A stretch of 48,089 nt of DNA from positions 1 through 48,089 of the IMG/VR virus record IMGVR_UViG_3300037722_000690; one strand, 5' to 3'. This document shows positions 35,601 to 44,353 of this stretch, one piece after another. Origin of the DNA: a virus (lineage: Duplodnaviria; Caudoviricetes). Every line of letters begins with the position of its first letter. The stretch's first letter is position 1. Position numbers and translations under genes: made by a program. The notes below the pieces were generated by a model, which was given only the letters and a program-made list of their open reading frames with translations, made no database searches and had not been told where the DNA came from.

Positions 35601-37757
35601 ATCATATAGATCTACATTCTTAACAAGGGCGGTGGCTACAGCAGATCCTCTGATGCCAAAAGACTTCATGGCACCCTCGTTGTCCTTGATTACTTTCTGC
35701 AGGTTGTGCAGGACTTTGGATATACCCAACGACTCGATGCTGAAGTCTGCCATTGACATTCCAGCCGCAGCCACATACCCCTTAAATGCTTGGGTAGGAG
35801 CAACAAGCTTAGAAATAACTTGACGAAAGCCCGTCGCCATGGTCGATGCTTTCAAACCGTTGTTCCGTAGCACCATCAAAATCCCGGCTGTTTCATCAAG
35901 AGACATGCCGGCGTTATGCGCGGCTGGGCCAATATAGTTCATGGCCGTTTTAATGTCTTCGATGGTCAACTTGGATTTATTTACCGCATTGGCAAAGATG
36001 TCTGTGACTCCCCCGGTTTCGGCTGCCTGAAGACCAAAGGCTGTGATGGCAGTCGTTACCAAGTCCACCGTAGTGGCCATCTCCGTCAATGTACCTGTGG
36101 CCAGGTTGGTGACTCCGGGAATTGCCGCTATAACATCTTCTGCATCAAAACCGGCCTGTCCGAGAAGCTTCATACCTTCCGCTGTCTCGGCAGCAGAAAA
36201 TTTGGTATCGTTGGCCACCTTCTTCATGGTGGTGGCCATCCGCTCCAATTCTTCTGTAGTGGGGCGAACAATAGCTTGGAGGTCTTTCAGCGACTGGTCA
36301 TAAGTTGCTATGGTGGAGACTGCGCTGCGTATCCCGGTAATGAAGGCAAAGACAGCAGAGGATGCCACCATGTATCCGGCGTAAGAGCGGAGTTTCTTGG
36401 TGACCAAGTCTATAGCACCACCAAAGGTGGTGAAAGATCGGGCAGCCAAGTCCTGTCTTTTCTGGAGCACAGACAAAGCGTAACCAGCTTTCTCCGTGCT
36501 TAACTTGTACTTGTCTATATTGGTTAGAACTCTCCTGGCGGCTTCGCCATACTTGTCCTGACTGACTCGGAGCTCTTCATATTTGCGCTTTAGTTTCGTA
36601 GTCTCAACAGCTATAGCTGCTGTGGACTTAGCCGACTTCGCTGCTGCGACCTCCGCTGCCGCTCTCGTTGCGATCAGGCGTTTTAAGACGGCAACCTGCT
36701 CTTCATAAGATAAGGTGGTCTTGCTTAACGTAGCTATCTGCTTACTGTAATCGGGGAACGCTGTTTTTAACTTCTGGAAAGAACGGGCTGATTGCTCCGC
36801 GGAAGTAGTGACTCCCTTAAAACTGGCCTGTAACTTAGCCAGTCGAATACTCAGCTCCGCAAGTTTTTGATTGTCACTGGCTAAAGGAGTGAACTTGGCA
36901 AATACATTCCTGGCACTCGCCCCCACTGAAGTCGCAGAGGACAGTAACTTATCGTATTTCAGCGCCAGGTTATTAACGCTGGCGGCAGCCTTATCACTTA
37001 AGTTGGCAGCAGCTATCGCATCCTTGTTCTTTTTTAACTGAGCGGCAGCGGCCACATCGTGGGCTGTTTTGAGACGCTTCAGAACAACCACCTGTTCATT
37101 GTAAGACAAGGTAGTTTTACTTAGCGCAGCTATCTGTTTGCTGTAATCAGGGAACGCGGATTTTAACTTTTGAAACGAACTGGCTGACTTTGTCGCCTCC
37201 GTCGAGGTATCACGGAAGCCCGCTTGAAGCCTGCCTAATTGGGTCTGCAGAATGTTAAGCTGCCCCATATCGTTGGCTTTGGGAATGTAGGCGGCAAACA
37301 GATTGGCTGCTGAACCGCCAGTGGTCCCTTTCGCATTAATAACGTTATGGAATTGAGCTTTTAACTCCTTGAGTTTCGCAGTGGCCTTGACTGAGAGGTC
37401 CGCGGTTTTCTCCAACTCCTTGTTTGTTGCCCACTGAGCTTTTGTAGCTTTAGCTTGAGCGGCTACCAGATCAGCTTCATTCTTTTTACGGGCTGCTATT
37501 CCTTCGGACTGCGCTTTGGATAAATCCCTTGTGGCTTTTATCTGACCTTCTAAACCACCGGTGAGCTTATTAATACTTTTAGCTGCTTCTTCAAAAACCT
37601 TGGCGGGCGCTTCCTGACCGACCTTCCGCATAGCCTTGGCGGACTCAGACATAGCCGTAGCTATCTGCCTGAACCCTGTGGCGATGGAACTGAACGCCTG
37701 CCTGGTCCCCGCTTCAATTTTGGAGCCTAAACCCAGTATTGCTTTTTGCTCACTCAT
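32604..37757 (-). CDS. Tape measure protein (TP901-type core)
   Basis: 1717 aa, Ala/Lys-rich and helical; TKFSAAETAEGMKLLGQAGF core; C-terminal AEGG and FADGGLV. Confidence 0.93.
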   Translation of the reverse strand: MSEQKAILGLGSKIEAGTRQAFSSIATGFRQIATAMSESAKAMRKVGQEAPAKVFEEAAKSINKLTGGLEGQIKATRDLSKAQSEGIAARKKNEADLVAAQAKATKAQWATNKELEKTADLSVKATAKLKELKAQFHNVINAKGTTGGSAANLFAAYIPKANDMGQLNILQTQLGRLQAGFRDTSTEATKSASSFQKLKSAFPDYSKQIAALSKTTLSYNEQVVVLKRLKTAHDVAAAAQLKKNKDAIAAANLSDKAAASVNNLALKYDKLLSSATSVGASARNVFAKFTPLASDNQKLAELSIRLAKLQASFKGVTTSAEQSARSFQKLKTAFPDYSKQIATLSKTTLSYEEQVAVLKRLIATRAAAEVAAAKSAKSTAAIAVETTKLKRKYEELRVSQDKYGEAARRVLTNIDKYKLSTEKAGYALSVLQKRQDLAARSFTTFGGAIDLVTKKLRSYAGYMVASSAVFAFITGIRSAVSTIATYDQSLKDLQAIVRPTTEELERMATTMKKVANDTKFSAAETAEGMKLLGQAGFDAEDVIAAIPGVTNLATGTLTEMATTVDLVTTAITAFGLQAAETGGVTDIFANAVNKSKLTIEDIKTAMNYIGPAAHNAGMSLDETAGILMVLRNNGLKASTMATGFRQVISKLVAPTQAFKGYVAAAGMSMADFSIESLGISKVLHNLQKVIKDNEGAMKSFGIRGSAVATALVKNVDLYDSFVSMVTRQGAAAEMAAVQLQGLGLMYKNLQDKTKNIWIAMGEGGFTGVLKALVNVGRVLADVITDLANNRMVQLAAQITITVGAAKLLIAAFGWFIGRPAVAAALAAISAGIAAVSAASFTAATAVTGLSAAVSVLRTLVVGNWIALAVTAIGYLAYEYATYSQTLKDTAVQLGVVKDRLTDNISIIKAAEKVFSNTTTTQEQHKEVLDKLIEEYPAFAVALQKAAGNAEELRKVLAAINREQERQLQIKAAEGMENTGKAIEDLSKRMLSYDGSLRKAIQSEEVVAGVQKDFSAEQAKYIQDYIRDGKLRQMTDEEIVNSFTKGLEHMDSARQLFGNNVMPSSFTDGLVEKMKADLKVALDAAANFAKKKDDLLGRKPVKISLDPETVKQEFQEYKEEQETALAMGLLQLEKANAAGSLSDEKYAQIKINKTKETYKQIMDLAISHHAALEKESGVDPEALVAAHKRAQDATQKYLGAEIAGIKRLTTEREKADAIATKMFARSSELRIQQIKTQEANEEISKGAARVAIQKEEMDTIDDLIEKYTELHNKYGENESYVATLNNLMIKKAQLSNENVESVRKEIQAIKDLTDAEKALDLQHQLEKVGTDVAVPGRDTELNNMKQAHELSMQLADLEIAKAQEKFDKISGMNSANDSEVLAAKLRLQDAINEKEVEALDFSRAILAERMQLEEDAWRRGEISAQQYIDTVREAMNKGVIYYEEGRARMMAATDDMFAAFKYGWENWKKDMQSAGESMQEAAYVVGDALTDGVADGLLDVADRTKTAKEAFSELTRSVLKDLAKIYLKMALMGAIEGIGSMVGSMFGSTVPSSGAGLYSASGMNWGGRAEGGLIGGHSPHKKADNIPIMATAKEFVEPVDVVEHYGADVFEAFRQKLIPKDFLEMLRNTVQPPKSSRVPKFADGGLVPTQAVTTPVQMRNNASATGGVNVTNHITVQSGAGGTDQDKTGLSNKIAMAIKREVVDIISQQTRYGGVLYG

Positions 37758-37764
37758 CGATTTC

Positions 37765-38250
37765 CTACTCTAATTCAGCCGAATACTTTGGCTGGGCTGG
37801 TGCCATCTTCTGCCCAAACGGTTGCCAGTGCTTTAACATTTTCTGTGTTAACTCTTCCCGTTCCTGCTGTGACATTTTTTCATATTGTGCTGGGTCTCCA
37901 AATAACATTGGACTTGAACTTTGTGTACTCGGTCGCGATACTGTTTTAGGCTGCGTCTTGCTACCACCTTTATCCTTGGCACTCGCGTCCAAATCTATCC
38001 CGTGGATGGCCGCCATGAACCTGTTTTGGTTGTAGGCTTGCTCATCTGCTGCTTTGTGCAGGAAGAGGAATTGTGGATAGGTCAGACCCCCCTCCCTATA
38101 CGACTTCACATAAAAGTCCTCGGGTCGATACGTCGGGTAGTTCCGCATAACCAAGGCTATGGCGTTATCTAACCCCTCGGACCTAGCTTCTAGGCTTTCG
38201 CCTGACTGAACAGGCTCTTCACCCGCTTCACTAGGTCCAGAGCCTTTCCC
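37765..38250 (-). CDS. Tail assembly chaperone T segment, expressed as a G-T fusion by -1 frameshift
   Basis: The -1 frame is open from the GGGAAAG at 38250-38244 to the stop at 37765. Confidence 0.8.
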   Translation of the reverse strand, partial: GKGSGPSEAGEEPVQSGESLEARSEGLDNAIALVMRNYPTYRPEDFYVKSYREGGLTYPQFLFLHKAADEQAYNQNRFMAAIHGIDLDASAKDKGGSKTQPKTVSRPSTQSSSPMLFGDPAQYEKMSQQEREELTQKMLKHWQPFGQKMAPAQPKYSAELE

Positions 38251-38621
38251 ACTGAACCCTCGTAGTTTATGGTGAACAGGATGTCGACTATCTCAACAAA
38301 CTGGTCGTTGGTAAGGTCGGCGGTAGTGACACCGTCTGTGGATTTCTCCAGCAAGTAATCAATGTTTTCTTTAATTATTTCGATACCTATCCGGACAGCT
38401 TCCATGTCCTGACTGGTTTCGTCCGTAGCCTTATTTAGCAATTCATCGGTAACACTCTTGGTTATATCAGAGTAGTCCAGTTCGCTAAATTTATTGAAAG
38501 CGCTGATTAATTTTTCGGGGAGGGCGATTTGATCCGCCATGGAAAGCGGGTAGACATGTTCTTCGCGTAGTTCTCTTACGCCTACTTCAATTTTTCTAAC
38601 CTGCGGGTTTAATCCTGACAT
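38190..38621 (-). CDS. Tail assembly chaperone G
   Basis: Between tail tube and tape measure; GGAG RBS; contains in-frame G-GGA-AAG. Confidence 0.8.
   Translation of the reverse strand: MSGLNPQVRKIEVGVRELREEHVYPLSMADQIALPEKLISAFNKFSELDYSDITKSVTDELLNKATDETSQDMEAVRIGIEIIKENIDYLLEKSTDGVTTADLTNDQFVEIVDILFTINYEGSVGKALDLVKRVKSLFSQAKA
38244..38250 (-). other. Programmed -1 frameshift site GGGAAAG
   Basis: Read as gtG GGA AAG in the G frame; same heptamer as lambda G/T. Confidence 0.85.
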
Positions 38622-38645
38622 TATGTTCTCCTAAGAAGTTAAACC

Positions 38646-38673
38646 TCAAGCTGTACCAAGAGGTACAGCTTGA
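38646..38673 (-). terminator. Hairpin downstream of the tail tube gene
   Basis: Perfect 12-bp stem TCAAGCTGTACC-AAGA-GGTACAGCTTGA; weak U tract. Confidence 0.6.
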
Positions 38674-38693
38674 CTATTCAATTAAGACCTATG

Positions 38694-39593
38694 TTAACTG
38701 CTGGTAAACAAGATTTGTCCGTTTGGCATGTTGTCCCATACTGCGTTACCGCCAGCGGTGTCGCTGGAAGCGCCCATGGATTTAATGGATATGGTTACAG
38801 CTGCGACGTCTTCTGGTTGCTGGTCCAGGCTTAGACTCGAAGTAATATTCGCTCGAGGGAAAATTATGATCATCTTGTGTCTCGGATCGGGGAACGTGTA
38901 GTAAGCCTCAACCCGAAGATACTTAGGAGCCGCAACAGTTCCGAGCGGGATAGCACCGACATGGGCATTACCAAAGGATGCAGAGCCCGTAGTGGCCGCT
39001 ACAGTGGTAAAGGTCTGAGATTGCCCTGCAGCCCAGGTACCGGTAAAGTGGTTAGCCGGGATAGTAAAGTATGGATCCCCTCCGTTATCCGGAGAGAACG
39101 CTGCCGTTATTGCTGCACCGCCGACATCTCCGGTATTCTGGCCGTACACCTTATAGTTGGTTGCGTCGGTGAATATTACAGACCAAACATCAGTGACAAC
39201 ACCTCCTGCATCGTCAACCACCAAATCGTCGACTACATGAGTACCAGCTACGGTTTGGGTGGTGTTTATAATAACAGCAGCGGATAGATCAGCGAAAGGA
39301 TCCATACCACGAGAGAGAGCCAAAGTTTTTGGCGTAATCTCTTTAAAGGCACACTCCAACATGTTCGTTTCCCGGATAGGGAAAGTGGCATCGAAAGTGA
39401 GCGGGTACCCGGACTCCAGGTCGAAGTATGTGGTTTCCGAGTTGAAGCTGGTGGATGCCATAGCACCCAAAGAATCAGCAGCTGACAACGCAGCTCCTGT
39501 AGTCAAGATATGTGTCGCCGCTCGAGCAATCCTAATTTGGCTCAGGCCAAGTTGGACAGTCGAGGCGTCGCGAGTAATGGGGCCGTTTCTCAT
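38694..39593 (-). CDS. Major tail (tube) protein
   Basis: Position upstream of the chaperones; beta-rich 299 aa; GGAG RBS; followed by a hairpin. Confidence 0.7.
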   Translation of the reverse strand: MRNGPITRDASTVQLGLSQIRIARAATHILTTGAALSAADSLGAMASTSFNSETTYFDLESGYPLTFDATFPIRETNMLECAFKEITPKTLALSRGMDPFADLSAAVIINTTQTVAGTHVVDDLVVDDAGGVVTDVWSVIFTDATNYKVYGQNTGDVGGAAITAAFSPDNGGDPYFTIPANHFTGTWAAGQSQTFTTVAATTGSASFGNAHVGAIPLGTVAAPKYLRVEAYYTFPDPRHKMIIIFPRANITSSLSLDQQPEDVAAVTISIKSMGASSDTAGGNAVWDNMPNGQILFTSS

Positions 39594-39684
39594 CGTGGTT
39601 CTCCAGTAATTGTTTGAGCCGAGGTTTATTCCGTCTGCACGGACTGCTAACTTTTTTAGTTTTAACTAATCTGATTAGTACGTT

Positions 39685-39888
39685 CTAACCTTTGTTGGGA
39701 AAAAAATCAAATACATTAAGATGCCTGCAACTCTTTTTTATGCAGGTTATCTTAATCGATCCATGGATTTCCATATCAACAACCGGTTGTTTGTTGGTTC
39801 CAAACCTACCAAACTGAAACTGCCACAGTCCGTTGTCTTTTCTTATTAGGAGTCGTTTCCCACACTTAGCGCATTTTGCTTCGTACAT
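39685..39888 (-). CDS. Mu Com-like zinc-ribbon protein
   Basis: KCAKCGKRLL...IKITCIKKSCRHLN. Confidence 0.6.
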   Translation of the reverse strand: MYEAKCAKCGKRLLIRKDNGLWQFQFGRFGTNKQPVVDMEIHGSIKITCIKKSCRHLNVFDFFPNKG

Positions 39889-39893
39889 GAGCT

Positions 39894-40376
39894 CTACACC
39901 GTGGCAAATTTTAGTTTAATAGGCACCAAACGATACAGAGTTTTGTCGTCAGCTACCTGTTCATCAGTAGGTGTTCCAATACTGATCACCATACTGGAAA
40001 CTCGATTGTTATTATCGTTGATATCAAGCAGAGGAATGGCTTTCAATCCGTTGCCGTCTGGATCAGTGTTCACCAAGTAAGTCATCAGCAGATCCCTAGT
40101 TTGGGCCAGGAGCCGGCCAGCAGAAACTGTAGGCGTCCCTCTGGAAAATATGTAGGCGTTAACTCTGGCTTCCGACAAACCCCTGTTCGGGTAAATGCCG
40201 TCGAAGTGGAACTTCACCCACCGATCATGCTCTACCCCAGTCGTGCTGTTCATCGGCAACATGAACACGTAAGCGAAATAGATAGGCACTCCGTCAACAG
40301 CCTTCAGTCCGTCGTAGAAAAACTTCTTAACGGAGAACTGAACGCACTCCTCACTCAGGGTCGGGTGTAGAGACAT
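39894..40376 (-). CDS. Probable tail terminator/completion protein
   Basis: Position and size upstream of the tail tube; AAGGAG RBS. Confidence 0.5.
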   Translation of the reverse strand: MSLHPTLSEECVQFSVKKFFYDGLKAVDGVPIYFAYVFMLPMNSTTGVEHDRWVKFHFDGIYPNRGLSEARVNAYIFSRGTPTVSAGRLLAQTRDLLMTYLVNTDPDGNGLKAIPLLDINDNNNRVSSMVISIGTPTDEQVADDKTLYRLVPIKLKFATV

Positions 40377-40578
40377 TGGGGATAAGCTCCTTTAAGGTGT
40401 CTTCGAGTTCCGGGTAGAATCGACTATGTAGATAGGTGTTGGCTGCGACGTGGGCAGGGTCGTCGCCGTCCATATTGAAGGTCATATGGTCCATAATTGT
40501 TTTCAGGTGCTTCAGATCGTCAAGGGAGTAACCGACTATTATCTGATAGCCTACTGGTATTACTTCTATTACTCTCAT
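40351..40578 (-). CDS. Hypothetical protein
   Basis: Abuts neighbours in the late operon. Confidence 0.55.
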   Translation of the reverse strand: MRVIEVIPVGYQIIVGYSLDDLKHLKTIMDHMTFNMDGDDPAHVAANTYLHSRFYPELEDTLKELIPNVSTPDPE

Positions 40579-40579
40579 A

Positions 40580-41557
40580 TTAGCTGTCTCTGTAGTGTTT
40601 GAAGTTCGGCATCCTTCCGGTCAGTGCGGTGTTGATGATTTCTTCTACCTCTTGAGCTGTGAGGCCGCCGCCGGTGAGCTCTGCCCTCAGGGTTCTTCTA
40701 ACTATCTGCTCTTGTTTCTGAGAAATTTCTTTAGCGCCCCTAGCCGTCATGGTGACCAGCTTCTGTGCAAAGCTGGATATCTTTTTGGACGCGTTCTCTG
40801 TGTACTCGGCAAATTGGACCATATCCGCGGCTATCTGGGTGGTAGACACTCCGGAGCCTCCGTCGGTATAGCTCTCCTCCACTTCATTCTCGTCCCGGTC
40901 TTTCAACTCAGCCCAAAAAGTTTCATACATCATACGGGTAAACGCCTCGTACCAATCATCTGAAGTCTCGCCAATCCAGCTTGCCATAGACCCTGTTATG
41001 ATCGGCCTATGTGGGACCTTAGCGTGGCCTATCTCATGGGTTAAAGCATAATCTCTTACCCTTACTCTATTCTTTCTACCGTCAGGGCCGCCTGTCGGGT
41101 TAACGAAAAAATTACTCCGCACCCCAATAGTAACACCGCCGCCTGAGTATCGGAGTACACCCAGAGCATCAGCAGTAGCCCCAGTGAGGCTCATTACTGG
41201 TTTGCCTCTAAACTTAGGTATCTTGTTTTTCCACTCGCGGTAGTGATCACTTAAAGGAGCCAGTGTTGGGCCTTTGTAACCAGCCCTGTCCCCGGCAATC
41301 ATTTTACGAATGTAAATTATTGCACTGGTTGCCATGGCCTTAGTCAACCTACCACCGCCAGCACTTACACCTTCTGGAACAAAGTAGTAAGTGGATCTCT
41401 TCAAGGCGTCCACACCCTTACCAAACCTGACTATCTCGTTGGAAAACTGCCCTATACTAAGGGACTTTGCTGAGCCGGAGGAAGAGAATACTTTACCGAA
41501 TGTCAACAACGTTCCAGACATTGCTCTCTTACTGTCCTTCTCAGGAACCCTGCTCAT
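40580..41557 (-). CDS. Neck/tail-completion (virion morphogenesis family) protein with C-terminal extension
   Basis: APLS....WK...SLTG...YALTHEIG..VPHRPII pattern. Confidence 0.6.
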   Translation of the reverse strand: MSRVPEKDSKRAMSGTLLTFGKVFSSSGSAKSLSIGQFSNEIVRFGKGVDALKRSTYYFVPEGVSAGGGRLTKAMATSAIIYIRKMIAGDRAGYKGPTLAPLSDHYREWKNKIPKFRGKPVMSLTGATADALGVLRYSGGGVTIGVRSNFFVNPTGGPDGRKNRVRVRDYALTHEIGHAKVPHRPIITGSMASWIGETSDDWYEAFTRMMYETFWAELKDRDENEVEESYTDGGSGVSTTQIAADMVQFAEYTENASKKISSFAQKLVTMTARGAKEISQKQEQIVRRTLRAELTGGGLTAQEVEEIINTALTGRMPNFKHYRDS

Positions 41558-42198
41558 TACGGCCTCGTCTCTTCGGAAAGAAAAATGGCTCTGATGCCGA
41601 CAAAGTTGTGGTCTTCGATGTGGTCAACTTTATACACTCGCCCCGTGTTGGATCGCCATTGCATGCCCATGGCCACCTCCGAGAAGTAATCGCTGACGAA
41701 CATCTGCAACTTACTTGTGGTTACGTCCATTGAATCTCTGCCAATCGATTTTATCCTGGACCTGTAAAGTTGATCCATGATAGTGCCGCGGATCTCCAGC
41801 TCTGGGTACACCAGTACCCAAAAATTGTTTTCGTCATAGTCAGGACCTGGCGGGGCGTCTTGGTCATACTTATAGAACCCACCCTTGGTGTTTACTCGGT
41901 ACCCGGAAGCGACGTATTCCACGACCACGTTCTCGAACATCTGCGGAGCCATGGCTGTGATGAGCATCTCTGTAATATTTGGCTCCTGCCCCCACCGAAT
42001 GGTGTCCCCGACAGAGGCCACCGTTGGGGAGTGCAGGCTTATATCAAAGAAGAAAGCCCGAATGGCTGGGTTAGTGTGTTCAGTGTGGTCGTTGCTGTCC
42101 ATATAGTCGGTGGACGTCTCCGTTCCGTTCGGTTTACGAACAGTGATCAGAGAGCCCACTTCAGCCAGGACAGCTCTCACTTCATCAGCGATACCCAT
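41557..42198 (-). CDS. Probable head-closure protein
   Basis: Position after the adaptor; beta-rich. Confidence 0.45.
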   Translation of the reverse strand: MGIADEVRAVLAEVGSLITVRKPNGTETSTDYMDSNDHTEHTNPAIRAFFFDISLHSPTVASVGDTIRWGQEPNITEMLITAMAPQMFENVVVEYVASGYRVNTKGGFYKYDQDAPPGPDYDENNFWVLVYPELEIRGTIMDQLYRSRIKSIGRDSMDVTTSKLQMFVSDYFSEVAMGMQWRSNTGRVYKVDHIEDHNFVGIRAIFLSEETRP

Positions 42199-42637
42199 AC
42201 GTCAGATCCCGTCCTAATTGATCGTAAATAAAGCCTGCCGGGTTCATGAAAAAGCCCTTGGCGAACAGAGCACTCATTTCATCGTCCATCCCACCCACAT
42301 CCATAAGAGCAGCTTCCTCTTCCATTGCCTTGGCAAAGGCCACATCAGCGGCACTGATCAGCTTGAAGTAGTTGTCAAATTTGTGCTGCAGCTTGATCTG
42401 CTTATATTGGAAGCGCTCCGCCTGCAGCACAAGGATACTATAAAGGGCGTGGCGCCTGCAGCGTTCTATCAACCAGTAGGCTTTCCTCGAGACAAGAATA
42501 GGGTACACCCAACCCAACTCTTCAAAGGCCTGGGCTATAGCCGCGTCCTGGGCTTCTTCGGTAAGAAGTGTAGCCCAAGTGGTGCCCATCAAGGCAGCCA
42601 GTCTGGCTTTCAATTCTGTTGCATCTGCAATTGCCAC
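42185..42637 (-). CDS. Probable head-tail adaptor
   Basis: Helical 150 aa, AGGAGG RBS, downstream of the capsid gene. Confidence 0.5.
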   Translation of the reverse strand: MAIADATELKARLAALMGTTWATLLTEEAQDAAIAQAFEELGWVYPILVSRKAYWLIERCRRHALYSILVLQAERFQYKQIKLQHKFDNYFKLISAADVAFAKAMEEEAALMDVGGMDDEMSALFAKGFFMNPAGFIYDQLGRDLTYGYR

Positions 42638-42651
42638 GGTACCCTCCTAAA

Positions 42652-43026
42652 TTATTTCTTCCCGCTAACCGGTCTCTTCACTACGACGTCTGCAGGCTTT
42701 TTCTCCGCTACTACTTCAGCAGGCTTTTCCTCAGCTACTACTTCCTTAGGCTTTTCCTCAGCTACTACTTCCTTAGGCTTTTCCTCAGCTACTACTTCCT
42801 TAGGCTTTTCCTCAGCTACTACTTCCTTAGGCTTTTCCTCAGCTACTACTTCCTTAGGTCTCGCCGCCCTGACGATTACTTCCTCGATATGCGGTGAGCC
42901 TAACTCAAACTCTTTCTCCAAGTCCTCCGGAATGTTATCACCTTCATAGTCCCCAATCGGGAGAATTAGTTTGGAACCGAAGGCCAATGTTGCTTTCAAA
43001 CGGAGGATTCTTTTATCTTCACTCAT
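42652..43026 (-). CDS. Hypothetical protein with (PKEVVAEEK)n repeats
   Basis: AAGGTG RBS; typical low-complexity gene following a capsid gene. Confidence 0.7.
   Translation of the reverse strand: MSEDKRILRLKATLAFGSKLILPIGDYEGDNIPEDLEKEFELGSPHIEEVIVRAARPKEVVAEEKPKEVVAEEKPKEVVAEEKPKEVVAEEKPKEVVAEEKPAEVVAEKKPADVVVKRPVSGKK
42694..42858 (-). repeat. 27-bp in-frame tandem repeat, five perfect copies plus one degenerate
   Basis: AGGCTTTTCCTCAGCTACTACTTCCTT at 42721, 42748, 42775, 42802 and 42829; variant at 42694. Confidence 0.95.
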
Positions 43027-43054
43027 CTTTTCACCTTAATGGTCTGTTTAAACT

Positions 43055-43086
43055 AAAAAGCCCTACCCCGGCGAAGGGGCAGGGCT
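43055..43086 (-). terminator. Intrinsic terminator after the major capsid gene
   Basis: Minus strand AGCCCTGCCCC-TTCGCC-GGGGTAGGGCT followed by TTTT. Confidence 0.8.
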
Positions 43087-43117
43087 GTCAACTGCAATAC
43101 TGTTATCTGTATCCTTT

Positions 43118-44341
43118 TTAGAATACGGTTAATTCATACGAGCAGTCAGGGTGATACACGACAGGTAGGGACTTGTTCTGGATACGGACGATGGTGCCTT
43201 CCGGATCAAACTCGTCCTTGGTGTCCATGGTAACGCCGTAATTTCCCGCAAGGCCAAAAGGAGAAAGCATATTTTCAGCAATCTTCATTCCGTCAGCATT
43301 GGTGTCAGACCACATGATGAACTTGTTGTCCTTAACAATCTTATCCCGAACACGGACAGAATCCTTACCGGCCACATAGGAACCGACCAGAGCAACTGAC
43401 AGAGTAATAGTGCCGTCGCCTGGTTGAACAGAAGCTACTACCTTGTCTTCCCAAGTGTTTGGTTTAGAGTCATCATAGAATCGAACAGTAGCCCCGACAG
43501 ACACATCCTCTGAGTGAGAGACATTGATAACTGTATCACCAGCTGTGGCATTCGCAGTAAGGATGAGGTCGATTTCACAGAAATCGTCAAACACATTCAA
43601 CGGTCCAACACCCATCAGATTACCGATAACAGCAGATGGGTTCTTAAAGAGGTCCCCGTCACCGAAAGCGGACTTGGTTAACAGCGCCTGAATTGTGCTG
43701 TCAAGCATTAGGGTACGGAGCAATTGGCTATTCAGTGTGCAATACTTGGCAGAGATACCTGCGTCATCACGGAGAACTTGATTACCGGTAAGGATATCGT
43801 CCATGATGTTACGGGTAGAACCTCCGTTCCACTTATAGTTGGTGGTCAGAGTAACCTTGTGGGTTGTCGGAATTCCATAGTTCACGGTAATACGGGTACC
43901 CCCTTTGGCCAGATAGGAAAACCCGCCATGAAGTACAGCATTGGACATCATCCACTCACGACGACGATCCATACGGTTACGAAGTTTCTGGACCATCTTG
44001 GCGACCTGACGAACACCCTGTTCTTTGCCACGGTCGGTACCAACTTGACGAAGGTTGTTTAATACGACCTCATCAAGGAAACCAGCTTCCTTCATATAGG
44101 CAACTTTAGCGGACCCGGAGCCAATACCGTCGACACCGATTTTCGGTGCAACAGCGCCTGGGGCAACGAACGGGGTCATGCCGGCAGAGCCGTATTCAAC
44201 TTCCCATTCGATAGAGTCACTAAGAGCCCGTACCTCAGGGAACATATTAGTGAAGGCCAGCGTTGGCGCGGTAGGCAACTTCTGGACCAATTTATTAAGC
44301 GTTGTGAGCTGAAGCTCAGCAATTCCTGCGGAACCTTTCAT
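43118..44341 (-). CDS. Major capsid protein (lambda gpE-like) with an inserted domain
   Basis: MTPFVAPG, RMDRRREWM, VNYGIP..HKVTL...W and DP......Q.KSLPV motifs. Confidence 0.88.
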   Translation of the reverse strand: MKGSAGIAELQLTTLNKLVQKLPTAPTLAFTNMFPEVRALSDSIEWEVEYGSAGMTPFVAPGAVAPKIGVDGIGSGSAKVAYMKEAGFLDEVVLNNLRQVGTDRGKEQGVRQVAKMVQKLRNRMDRRREWMMSNAVLHGGFSYLAKGGTRITVNYGIPTTHKVTLTTNYKWNGGSTRNIMDDILTGNQVLRDDAGISAKYCTLNSQLLRTLMLDSTIQALLTKSAFGDGDLFKNPSAVIGNLMGVGPLNVFDDFCEIDLILTANATAGDTVINVSHSEDVSVGATVRFYDDSKPNTWEDKVVASVQPGDGTITLSVALVGSYVAGKDSVRVRDKIVKDNKFIMWSDTNADGMKIAENMLSPFGLAGNYGVTMDTKDEFDPEGTIVRIQNKSLPVVYHPDCSYELTVF

Positions 44342-44353
44342 GTTATATTCCTC

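Noticed and set aside
42218-42949. 243-aa + strand ORF with (FSSATTSLG)n
   Set aside because: Antisense shadow of the 27-bp repeat gene and the adaptor.
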